A stretch of DNA of 64,000 nt. Origin: a phage. This document shows positions 56,085 through 64,000 of the stretch, one piece after another. The stretch lies in sequence record PX645697.1. One strand, 5' to 3'. The stretch's first letter is position 1. Every line of letters begins with the position of its first letter. A program made the translations under genes and the position numbers. The notes beneath the pieces are model-generated. The model was not told where the DNA came from. It made no database searches and saw only the letters and a program-made list of their open reading frames with translations.

Positions 56085-56346
56085 TAGCTACTCGCAAGTC
56101 TTCATTAGCACGAGCAAGGCGCAACACTTCGTGGTTGAGGCTCTGAAGACGTTTGTTTCTGTCCTCAACTTGCATAATAAGATCGTTAAGAATCACTTTA
56201 ACTTTCTCATTATACATCTCATCCACTCGGACTAGGGATTTATACATTCTCTCCCAGCTTGCTGCTTTGTTTCTTAGAATAATAAATCCTATAACGCTGA
56301 TAGTTAAACAGCTTACAAAAAGGAATTTATATACTTCTAAAGTCAT
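56050..56346 (-). CDS. membrane protein with N-terminal TM and coiled coil
   Basis: FLFVSCLTISVIGFIIL followed by charged helical region. Confidence 0.35.
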   Translation of the reverse strand: MTLEVYKFLFVSCLTISVIGFIILRNKAASWERMYKSLVRVDEMYNEKVKVILNDLIMQVEDRNKRLQSLNHEVLRLARANEDLRVAIAKQQEINSEG

Positions 56347-56545
56347 ATTATTTACCCTTTATCAGAGATTAAAAGTAATATTATTTAAGTAAGTTATATT
56401 TAGTAAACTTATTTTCTAAGAAATTTTCAAAGGGTCTATATACAGAGCATTACCCATAGTCCCAGAATACTACCATCTTTTTCAATAAATTTACTAAGTG
56501 GTTGGTTTATAAAGGAATTTAGTTTGTCAAATCTGGCACTAGTGA

Positions 56546-56935
56546 CTATTCCCTAGAGCTATTATCGAACACTAAATCACCACAATACATAGGATTGGCA
56601 TACCATTTTGGCACCCCTTCGCTCTTACTCTGAAAGTAAGTCCCACTATACAGCGGAACATAATTCTTCTTAAGGGCACGTTTAGCCAGCCGCTCGCTTT
56701 CTCCAATGGCTTGCTTAGTCATTGGATTTTTATCACGAATCAGCTTTACATAACGTTTATAAGGTTTCTCCTGTTTTAATAGTACCGGAATCCACTCAAA
56801 CTGGTTCTTTTGTCTTATCACCTGTTCAGCGGTCAGTTTTCGTTGGGCCATTCTATTTATCACGGTATCCGCAACTAAAGCTTTACATGCGGTTGGCTGG
56901 TTCCCTGCCTCATAATAAATAGTCAATGTCAACAT
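56546..56935 (-). CDS. cell-wall hydrolase, SleB/CwlJ-like
   Basis: TIYYEAGNQPTACKALVADTVINRMAQ...QFEWIP resembles the SleB-type hydrolase core. Confidence 0.45.
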   Translation of the reverse strand: MLTLTIYYEAGNQPTACKALVADTVINRMAQRKLTAEQVIRQKNQFEWIPVLLKQEKPYKRYVKLIRDKNPMTKQAIGESERLAKRALKKNYVPLYSGTYFQSKSEGVPKWYANPMYCGDLVFDNSSRE

Positions 56936-56984
56936 TAGCTGTGCCGTTGTTATCAGAACTTGATACCTCCTGTTTTACGGGCAT

Positions 56985-57010
56985 AAAAAAGCCCCAGCCG
57001 TAGCCGGGGC
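56985..57010 (-). terminator. rho-independent terminator
   Basis: Minus-strand GCCCC-10 nt loop-GGGGC followed by UUUUUU. Confidence 0.5.
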
Positions 57011-57262
57011 GGTTATTAACGTGATACTGCTTCCATGAATCCTATCATAAGTATCAATAAGGTGATAATAACACCAAAAAGCATACCACATAGGAAGAAA
57101 GATCCACCTTCCCCTAGATATGAAATAGCTGATTCCACGGATAACTCCTACAGCAACGCAAAAAGCCGCTCAAAGGCGGCTATGCGGAAGCTTCAAATGG
57201 GGAGAGGGCACGACGCGACAGAAAGAGCGTCATAGTACTAAAAGAGGGGGCTGTATTCCCTA

Positions 57263-57706
57263 CTACTTTACCCTTGCTTCTTTGATGGGGTCAATGTATT
57301 TTTCAACGCCCCACTTGTGTTTACTGTCAGCGTAGAAAACATCAGGTGCGCACTGACTAGTCTTAGGGAAAGCCTGCGGGTCTTTCGTGCTACCCTTAGA
57401 CTTCTGTTTACCTCGGGTGCGACCATTACAGAAGATTTCTAACTTCTTCTCCTCTTCTGTTTTAGCTCCCCCGCTCTTTAACAAAGAACGTTTATGATCG
57501 GCTAACAATAACGCATCAGCACGATGAACGCGATGGCCTACACGTTTTGCCACACTAGAAGGGATATAGGATTCAGCTTCAGCCCTTGCAGCACGACGTT
57601 TTAAACTGCGCTTACTAATGTAATTGGTTGCCTTCGGCTTCTCTTTCTCCAGTTCAGAGATAGAAAAACAACGCCCGCCCTTCATGCTGATTTTAGATTT
57701 AGTCAC
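57263..57706 (-). CDS. basic hypothetical protein
   Basis: Track ORF, K/R-rich. Confidence 0.35.
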   Translation of the reverse strand: MTKSKISMKGGRCFSISELEKEKPKATNYISKRSLKRRAARAEAESYIPSSVAKRVGHRVHRADALLLADHKRSLLKSGGAKTEEEKKLEIFCNGRTRGKQKSKGSTKDPQAFPKTSQCAPDVFYADSKHKWGVEKYIDPIKEARVK

Positions 57707-57775
57707 AATCTTATTCCTTTCAGTGATAAGTTATATCGGGCAAGCCCATCAAGTCGATAGGCTTGAACAAATAAC

Positions 57776-57985
57776 TTAATCGAGTAAACTAAATGACTTC
57801 CAACTACGTAGCAGGATTGTACCATCATCCATAGCTACGCATAACTTTAACAGTTTCTTGTTAGCACTACTTACCGTTGTAATTCGTCCAGTTGTACATT
57901 TACCTTTGTTGCTATAAAGGTATACAACACGACGGCCTAACAGTCGGGAAGGAGCTTTCTTAAATTCTGAAATGTTAGTGATCAT
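57776..57985 (-). CDS. hypothetical small protein
   Basis: Track ORF. Confidence 0.35.
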   Translation of the reverse strand: MITNISEFKKAPSRLLGRRVVYLYSNKGKCTTGRITTVSSANKKLLKLCVAMDDGTILLRSWKSFSLLD

Positions 57986-58206
57986 AATGCTTGATACCTT
58001 TGAATGTGTTCGATACGGGTGGATTGAGCAAATGACGCTTTAACAGCCATTTTCCTAACTTCTTCCTTACGTTGGTTGGCGTGTATAGTATCCCAATGGT
58101 TGTTATCACGTTGGCGCTGTAATATCTTACTACACTTGCGATGGTTTCCCGTGCTGCGATGTTTCTCACAAATAGGACACTTGCCAAAAGTATTACTGAA
58201 TATCAT
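57982..58206 (-). CDS. small zinc-finger protein
   Basis: CPICEKH...H..C pattern. Confidence 0.3.
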   Translation of the reverse strand: MIFSNTFGKCPICEKHRSTGNHRKCSKILQRQRDNNHWDTIHANQRKEEVRKMAVKASFAQSTRIEHIQRYQAL

Positions 58207-58430
58207 TTTCTCAATCCCAGCTTTCTTAAGATACGGCCTAACGTTGTTTCTTGCGTGATAATATAGCTTATCGCTTCACGTTCCAACGTTTCAATTTTCA
58301 TTGGTGACGGATACCATTCACCAGTAAGCACGCATTTACACTCAACGCCATACTTTTTAGATAGGCGGTAATGTTGACCGTTGACAAGATTCCGATAAAT
58401 CGTGGTATGCGTAATTAACATGATCGTCAC
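58203..58430 (-). CDS. hypothetical small protein
   Basis: Track ORF. Confidence 0.35.
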   Translation of the reverse strand: MTIMLITHTTIYRNLVNGQHYRLSKKYGVECKCVLTGEWYPSPMKIETLEREAISYIITQETTLGRILRKLGLRK

Positions 58431-58532
58431 CTTTGATTATATTCTTTGATTAATGCACTGAATCAATGCACTGATAAAAGAAAAGGCGCTACCCGTTAAG
58501 ATAGCGCCTCATGTTTATTATAATCGTATTAC

Positions 58533-59432
58533 TTATGCCGCCTGACGTGCCGCCATAATCTCAGCCGCTTTACGCAATACTTCTTCCTCTTCTTCTTTCG
58601 CAGCTTGTTCGGTACGGGTAGCAACCGTTGAAGAGATACGACCGCGCAGGTTGTCTAACTTCTCCTGCATTTTGGCAATAGTTGATTCCATTTCATCAGC
58701 GTACGAATCCAGTGATTCCAACTCCTTGCTCGATGCGTTCATCAAGTAGTCATCAGAGATCGCTACCGTTGAAGCCGTGACCTTCTTGATGAGTGAATCA
58801 AAGGACTTTTTAACCTTCCCAACTTCTTCACTCAGGGCGATAGTGTTATCGCTAGTTGCGCCGTTGCGCTCATCAGCCAGTAATTTGGCTTCAATACGGA
58901 TTGCATTCAAGCGTTCAACTAAAGCGTAAATATCCTGATTAAAATCTTCCTTGTTTTTCGCCGGGATTTGCAGGTGTGCCGCTACGTTGTCATTGCAACC
59001 TTTGAAGAAGTTAGGGTTATCGACTTCAATTTCACGACCTAAAGCAAAGTTTTCGAAAGCGTTTGACCAGCGAGCGCGGTTTTGTTCCATTTTGGCCTTA
59101 ATTTGCGCTTCTTTCGCATCTTCTTTCGCTTTCGCTTCACCTTCCAGATTAATCCACTTTTTACGACCGTTTGCCGCCTCGGTGTTAAACTTGATAGGAG
59201 TCAGGAAAGTAATTGCAGTGGCGATCACATCCATATCGCGGAAACGTTCGGTTAACAGAAAATCGACCGCCGCTTGCAATACGTCCAGCTTTTTACCGTT
59301 ACTGCGGAAGTGCTGCAAGTGCCCTAACAGAAAATTAGAAACATCTTGCTTAATCGCTGCGTTATTGCTACGAATGTTGTTAGCCAGTGCGTTAAAACCA
59401 GATTCTTTTACCAGATTAAAAACTTTAGCCAT
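58533..59432 (-). CDS. hypothetical coiled-coil protein
   Basis: Track ORF 58533..59441 trimmed to ATG 59432 (AAAGGTG upstream; track start GTG is inside the SD). Confidence 0.4.
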   Translation of the reverse strand: MAKVFNLVKESGFNALANNIRSNNAAIKQDVSNFLLGHLQHFRSNGKKLDVLQAAVDFLLTERFRDMDVIATAITFLTPIKFNTEAANGRKKWINLEGEAKAKEDAKEAQIKAKMEQNRARWSNAFENFALGREIEVDNPNFFKGCNDNVAAHLQIPAKNKEDFNQDIYALVERLNAIRIEAKLLADERNGATSDNTIALSEEVGKVKKSFDSLIKKVTASTVAISDDYLMNASSKELESLDSYADEMESTIAKMQEKLDNLRGRISSTVATRTEQAAKEEEEEVLRKAAEIMAARQAA

Positions 59433-60355
59433 GATATTCACCTTTCAATTGTAAGGGCACTATGCCCCGCTCTCTATGAGCTTTTTAAGTCACTATTAAC
59501 TTAACTATAACCACTCGTTGTTAAGTAGTTATAGGTAAGCAGGGCGGTCTTATCAGGAGTTAACCTTGCCGCCCCCTTATCCGTGATGTTTCATCTGGTA
59601 TCTTTAATTAGTCGCTATAAACGAAGCCGACCTGATAGCGATGATCAATCATCACAATAAGGCTATGCGTCCGACTCTATTTAATCACATTGCTGTAACC
59701 GTCGGCAATACCGTCTACTTTGTTTTCGCTCCCGCTTATCCTTTGTGCCAACTCCTAACCGCTAACCATCGCCCACTACGGGAGGTTATTGCGGAAAGAG
59801 ATCATTGACCGCCTAATATTCCGGCGTTTTATATCTTTCGGCGGGTTTACTACATAACCCGACTATGTACTTCCGTCATAAGACGAATCTCAAGCCGTTC
59901 ACATCGTAAACGTTCGCATTAAACCTTATTGTTAAATAGCAATTTGCCACTTTTTAACCACTCCCCGCCGCTCTCAATTGAACGTTAATTCGTCGGGATT
60001 GCCTACCCTGATTAACTTCTTTCACTGTAGCACCGTGTTAGCGATGGCCGCCGCTACCCTTTAACCGTGGGCGATTAGTTTAAGCCGTTGCGTGTACTCA
60101 ATGAATCCGTTTATCAGTGGTGACGTTTCCAGTTAAGGGATTGTAAGACTGTTTACCCTGATAGTTTAGGGGTCTTACACCGTTTTATCTGGTATGCTTT
60201 CCGATGGTTATTATCTTCCAGCATATGCAACCGATATAGGAGAATGTTTAAATTATTAAAGAGCGGTAAATCTATCAACGTGCTTTCTCACGTTATGCAA
60301 CTGTTAGCCGTTGTTACGCTTTTCACTAAAGCGGTGATTTGCTCAAGTGATGCTC

Positions 60356-60384
60356 ATTATGGACCATGATGTTTTCGCTGTCAA
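60356..60384 (-). promoter_or_regulatory. sigma70-type promoter (TTGACA-N17-CATAAT) with A-rich upstream region
   Basis: Read on minus strand: -35 at 60384-60379, -10 at 60361-60356. Confidence 0.5.
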
Positions 60385-60807
60385 TCGCTTTTTAATCTTT
60401 TTCGTCGTTCCCGCTATTGGGAGGATATATCAATCAGCTTTATTTGATTGAAGATTAAGCGATAAGGCTTAACTCATGATTCACATTGTTAAAGAGCGTT
60501 TTTAGCCTTTTATAGTGTCTGCTAGTCACTGCGTCATTGAAGGCTTACTTATTCATTAACGGGGCGCCTAATCCCGAACTACTCGCTGCACTATGTGCCA
60601 CCTTTCCCGCGATACGTTGATTTGGGAACTAGTTAGCGATGTTTTGCTAACTTGTGGTTAGTATGAACTACTTTAACCACGTTTGCAATCTCTTTTTTAT
60701 CATCTTCTTTTATTTTCTTTTCCCTTATCTCGCTTGAATCTATGCGAAAGGGCAAGATGATAAGTTTTTAAAGAGCGGGATTTTTTAAGTCATCGCTGAC
60801 TATGCTC

Positions 60808-60836
60808 ACTATATATCAGGCTGTTTTCGGTGTCAA
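60808..60836 (-). promoter_or_regulatory. sigma70-type promoter (TTGACA-N17-TATAGT) with A-rich upstream region
   Basis: Read on minus strand: -35 at 60836-60831, -10 at 60813-60808. Confidence 0.55.
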
Positions 60837-61098
60837 TACTCTTTTAAGAATATTTTTCACTTTCTAGCCTGATTTTTAAAGAGCGGTTGAAGTCTCTCTC
60901 TTCACGGGGTATTGCGTAGTGCCCAACGTTCTCTGTTACCGCGCTATAGGTAGTAACTTAGTATCCGACAATCAGACCTTCTTCACTCGGTGAAGCCCGG
61001 CCTCTCAATTTACTGTTAGTGAGGCGGTTACAGTGTACCTGCTACCGATTCCGTGGTGGCGTCTTACTGCTTGTTGCTTACTGCTTACTACGGGATTT

Positions 61099-61126
61099 AT
61101 ATTAATATATAGGAAAATCTTGTCAA
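61099..61126 (-). promoter_or_regulatory. sigma70-type promoter candidate (TTGACA-N16-TAATAT)
   Basis: Read on minus strand: -35 at 61126-61121; -10 less certain. Confidence 0.4.
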
Positions 61127-61336
61127 TACCTTTTTTTCAAATTATTTTATATCTCACTGTTTTATAAAGGAATTTATTTTAGGGAGGATAGGAACTACAA
61201 AGAAATCAGGAGGTAAAGGAACGGGTGCGCGTGATACATCATAGGAAACGGCTTGTAAATCGATATTTAACGGCCTAAAACGCATCGTAGCGAGCTAAAA
61301 GGGAGTAAGGAATACAATCACCTTAGAAAACAGAAA

Positions 61337-61353
61337 AGCGCCATAGCGGCGCT
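61337..61353 (-). terminator. rho-independent terminator
   Basis: Minus-strand AGCGCC-gcuau-GGCGCU followed by UUUUCUGUUUUC. Confidence 0.5.
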
Positions 61354-61429
61354 TATAGGAAGGATTAGAGCATCAGATAGATTATGACCATAGGCATGAC
61401 TACGGCACAATACAGTAGAAAGATTAAGC

Positions 61430-61807
61430 CTATGGATTTACACATTGACCATTACCGGACTCAATTTCATTCATGGACTCATCAAAGAGCGTCAACGATG
61501 AGCGCATCAAGTGATCTATCGTGATTTGTTTACCGGTAGTTTCATTTACCAGCAGAATAGCTTTGTTATCTGATTGCACATGATCAAAATCATTTACATG
61601 CAAAATAATAACTTTAGGTGACTGTTTACCAGTTTCATAGTTTTCTATCAAATAGGTGCACTGTAAACCGTCAACCGTAGCAGGGGAGAATATTGCAGCC
61701 TTAACACTACCCATAGACGATAGGAGAACGCCCAGCAGGAGAACGACAAGGAAGAAGCCCACAAATACTTTTACTACAAATTTGATAATACCCATGATAA
61801 TAATCAC
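61430..61807 (-). CDS. membrane-anchored hypothetical protein
   Basis: N-terminal hydrophobic segment FVVKVFVGFFLVVLLLGVLLS. Confidence 0.4.
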   Translation of the reverse strand: MIIIMGIIKFVVKVFVGFFLVVLLLGVLLSSMGSVKAAIFSPATVDGLQCTYLIENYETGKQSPKVIILHVNDFDHVQSDNKAILLVNETTGKQITIDHLMRSSLTLFDESMNEIESGNGQCVNP

Positions 61808-61899
61808 CTATAGTTAGAGAATATAAGAATAAAGCATATCAGCGACGAATAACGCCACTGTAACGACGAACAAGCACCGCCAAAAACAATCATGAATCA

Positions 61900-62166
61900 T
61901 TAGTTGCCTTTACCTTTAAATAATGCTACTCTAAGCAGTTCGATCTCTTCCAGTGAAAGAAGAATCCGACGTTGCGCCAAATACTGACCAGCTGCGACGG
62001 AATCCATGATCAAAGCAACAGCGGGAAAACTCACCGTCTTAATACTATCGCCGACAATAAACAAGATTAAGCACTTGTCAGAGCTGTCAGTGTATGAGAA
62101 ATCAATCTCACCATAATTATGGGTTGGAATAGTGAAGCTGTACTCTTTAGCCATTTTTGTCACCAT
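61900..62166 (-). CDS. hypothetical protein
   Basis: Track ORF. Confidence 0.35.
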   Translation of the reverse strand: MVTKMAKEYSFTIPTHNYGEIDFSYTDSSDKCLILFIVGDSIKTVSFPAVALIMDSVAAGQYLAQRRILLSLEEIELLRVALFKGKGN

Positions 62167-62411
62167 TTTGGCAAATCAATATCAAGAAGACCAGCAAGCG
62201 ACAAATCGCCGTCAATATAGATCGACTTGAAATCATCACGGGTAATTTCAAAATTAGCAAAGGCTAACCAATCCTTAAGAGGCTGGAATTCCATCCTGCA
62301 AAAAGTGATAATAGGCAATGTTATCTGACCGTCCAAAGTGTTGAACATGATTTCAGAACGACCAACAAAACAAGAAAAACCGTTAGATAATTTAACTTCT
62401 TTAATAGCCAT
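62160..62411 (-). CDS. hypothetical protein
   Basis: Track ORF. Confidence 0.35.
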   Translation of the reverse strand: MAIKEVKLSNGFSCFVGRSEIMFNTLDGQITLPIITFCRMEFQPLKDWLAFANFEITRDDFKSIYIDGDLSLAGLLDIDLPKW

Positions 62412-62436
62412 TTTTACACTCCCAAAAATAAGTTAT

Positions 62437-63309
62437 TTACTTACTAGCCTTGATGCAGTTGGCTAGATTAACGTGAACGGTATAAACAGCGTTATCCGCA
62501 TTATTGTAAACGGTAGTGGCGATCATCGACTCATTAACCGGACCATAACTCACTAGATTCGTGACAGCTTTCGCATGGCTGTAACGTTGTACAGTGCCAT
62601 ACGTCACCATATCCGCATCGTTATCAGTACGCTTGAGAACTAGATCACTGTTAGGCTGATTGTCTAGTGTTTTGGTACTAACGACCAGACCATCACGGGA
62701 AACGTTACTGAATTTAACCTTTAAAACGACCTGATTGGTGTCACTATCAGCACCATTGCAAATCATCCAACCTTTATTGATGGAACTAGCGAAAACGTCA
62801 GCGGCATTAGTTGCGGGAGTAGGACTAGCGATAGCCTTGTCAGAAAGAGATGTGACCAGTGCACTAACACCAATCGCTGCAACCAGTGCATAACTTGCCA
62901 GATTAATAGACTTCATAATCTTACTTGCAACAGTAGGCTTGATTGGCTGTTTCTTGTTTTTCTTGTTCCATGCTTCAACCATGACAGACAAGCGGGATAA
63001 TTCAGCTTTCACATCGCGGCATGACTCAGGCCAATCCTTCTGATTCCAGCTATCTAAATTCGCCTGAATGTAGCAATTAATAGCGTCCTGCATATCGGTA
63101 AAACCGTTTTCTTTGAACGTGCTTTCATCTTCACACTGTAAAGCGTTCGCAGTAGAATTGATGATCAAGCAAGCCAGCATTACAGAGTTTTTGAATCCTC
63201 TACGTGCACTTTCGTTTTCCATCCACGCATCAGGACTACCAACGGTTAAGCCTAAAGAGGAAAGGCTTTCGTTTGCTTTGTTCAAGTGATTAATTGCTAC
63301 TTTAGACAT
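62437..63309 (-). CDS. bitopic membrane protein, first gene downstream of a near-consensus sigma70 promoter
   Basis: Central TM LASYALVAAIGVSALVTSL; promoter at 63353-63381. Confidence 0.4.
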   Translation of the reverse strand: MSKVAINHLNKANESLSSLGLTVGSPDAWMENESARRGFKNSVMLACLIINSTANALQCEDESTFKENGFTDMQDAINCYIQANLDSWNQKDWPESCRDVKAELSRLSVMVEAWNKKNKKQPIKPTVASKIMKSINLASYALVAAIGVSALVTSLSDKAIASPTPATNAADVFASSINKGWMICNGADSDTNQVVLKVKFSNVSRDGLVVSTKTLDNQPNSDLVLKRTDNDADMVTYGTVQRYSHAKAVTNLVSYGPVNESMIATTVYNNADNAVYTVHVNLANCIKASK

Positions 63310-63352
63310 TTGATGATCCTTCTGGTTGATGAAAACTACAAACTACGCTCGC

Positions 63353-63381
63353 AACTATATAATAAAGGAAAAGGCTGTCAA
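63353..63381 (-). promoter_or_regulatory. sigma70-type promoter (TTGACA-N17-TATAGT)
   Basis: Read on minus strand: -35 at 63381-63376, -10 at 63358-63353; 44 nt upstream of ATG 63309. Confidence 0.55.
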
Positions 63382-64000
63382 CTATTTATTTTCTAACTTT
63401 CTCGCATCTCACTGAAAACTAAAGAAATTTAATTTACTAAACTTTCCATACTCAGAGAATCAGCTTACTAGATATTGTTACTTTATAACACTACGGGTAA
63501 CAGACCAACAGACCAGGACGAACGGGGGAGAATACAGCCGCAGGACAGACCACGGGGAAACATAGCAAGATAGTGCGGTAATAATATACCACTTAAATAA
63601 TTAGTTAACTATTAATGTAAACTCATACACATCGAACGTTAAAAGAAAAAGACCAACAGAACGCTGAAAAAAGAAAGTAATAAAAGAAATAATAAACATC
63701 AACTACTATCTTCCACTTAATTAATACATACATCATTATTGCACTCATAATCATTACCATTGAAACTATTTACAATCAAACTATGGGGGAAGTGGGTAGT
63801 AACTGTGGGGTATTATTAGCCTATTCATAGTGCCTTAATCTAATCATTATCAGTGCTAGCCTTTCTCTCACTCTTTAAAGGGGAACTAAATAAACGGGTA
63901 GGTAATGTATTGGGTAGTATACACGGGGGAATAATTACGGGGAGTAGGCACGGGGAAAGGTTGGAACGTTGATAGGGATGTAAAGGCATTGCCAATAGCC

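Larger units (their letters stand above)
60256..60886. repeat. four dispersed copies of TTAAAGAGCG(G) at 60256, 60489, 60768, 60876
   Basis: Exact 10-mer found four times within 630 bp of ORF-free sequence. Confidence 0.5.

Noticed and set aside
56521-56546. TTGACA-like hexamer upstream of the SleB-like gene as a sigma70 promoter
   Set aside because: No acceptable -10 hexamer at 16-18 nt spacing.
59442-61130. tRNA genes or CRISPR-like repeat-spacer array in the ORF-free island
   Set aside because: No T-loop/acceptor-like tRNA signatures seen and the repeats (TTAAAGAGCGG, TAACC) are short and irregularly spaced, not a repeat-spacer array; cannot exclude without tRNAscan or Rfam.

Overview
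This window reads as a large, densely coded segment of a virulent tailed dsDNA phage, with no integrase, transposase, rRNA, tRNA or CRISPR array recognised. Two gene modules converge on a bidirectional terminator at about 17.2 kb. The plus-strand module (1-17.2 kb) is late/structural: a tail fibre C-terminus with a self-cleaving chaperone domain, a holin candidate and GH24 lysozyme, Ig-like-domain fibre proteins, an SLT lytic transglycosylase and large internal virion proteins. The minus-strand array (17.4-63.3 kb) carries replication and nucleotide metabolism genes (family A DNA polymerase with a separately encoded DEDD exonuclease, T7 gp4-like primase-helicase, FEN-like exonuclease, SSB-like protein, ThyX, dCTP deaminase, PhoH, thioredoxin-like, HAD nucleotidase, phosphoesterase), a phage ECF-like sigma factor, a TARG1/DarG-like macro domain protein, a Dps-like protein and a Pol-beta-type nucleotidyltransferase. 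The strongest candidate for an undescribed system is a block at 40.1-49.9 kb encoding ATP-grasp, Ntn/GAT-II, amidoligase-like and GGCT-like enzymes; its GAT-II domain appears to need an AUU start codon. The right end holds an early region with near-consensus sigma70 promoters, paralogous small-protein families, small genes under 60 aa that the ORF track misses, and a roughly 1.7 kb ORF-free, GC/CpG-richer stretch with iterated motifs. The gene order and own sigma factor recall phiEco32-like podophages, but that is from memory and unverified. All functional calls rest on motif recognition by eye, not on database searches.
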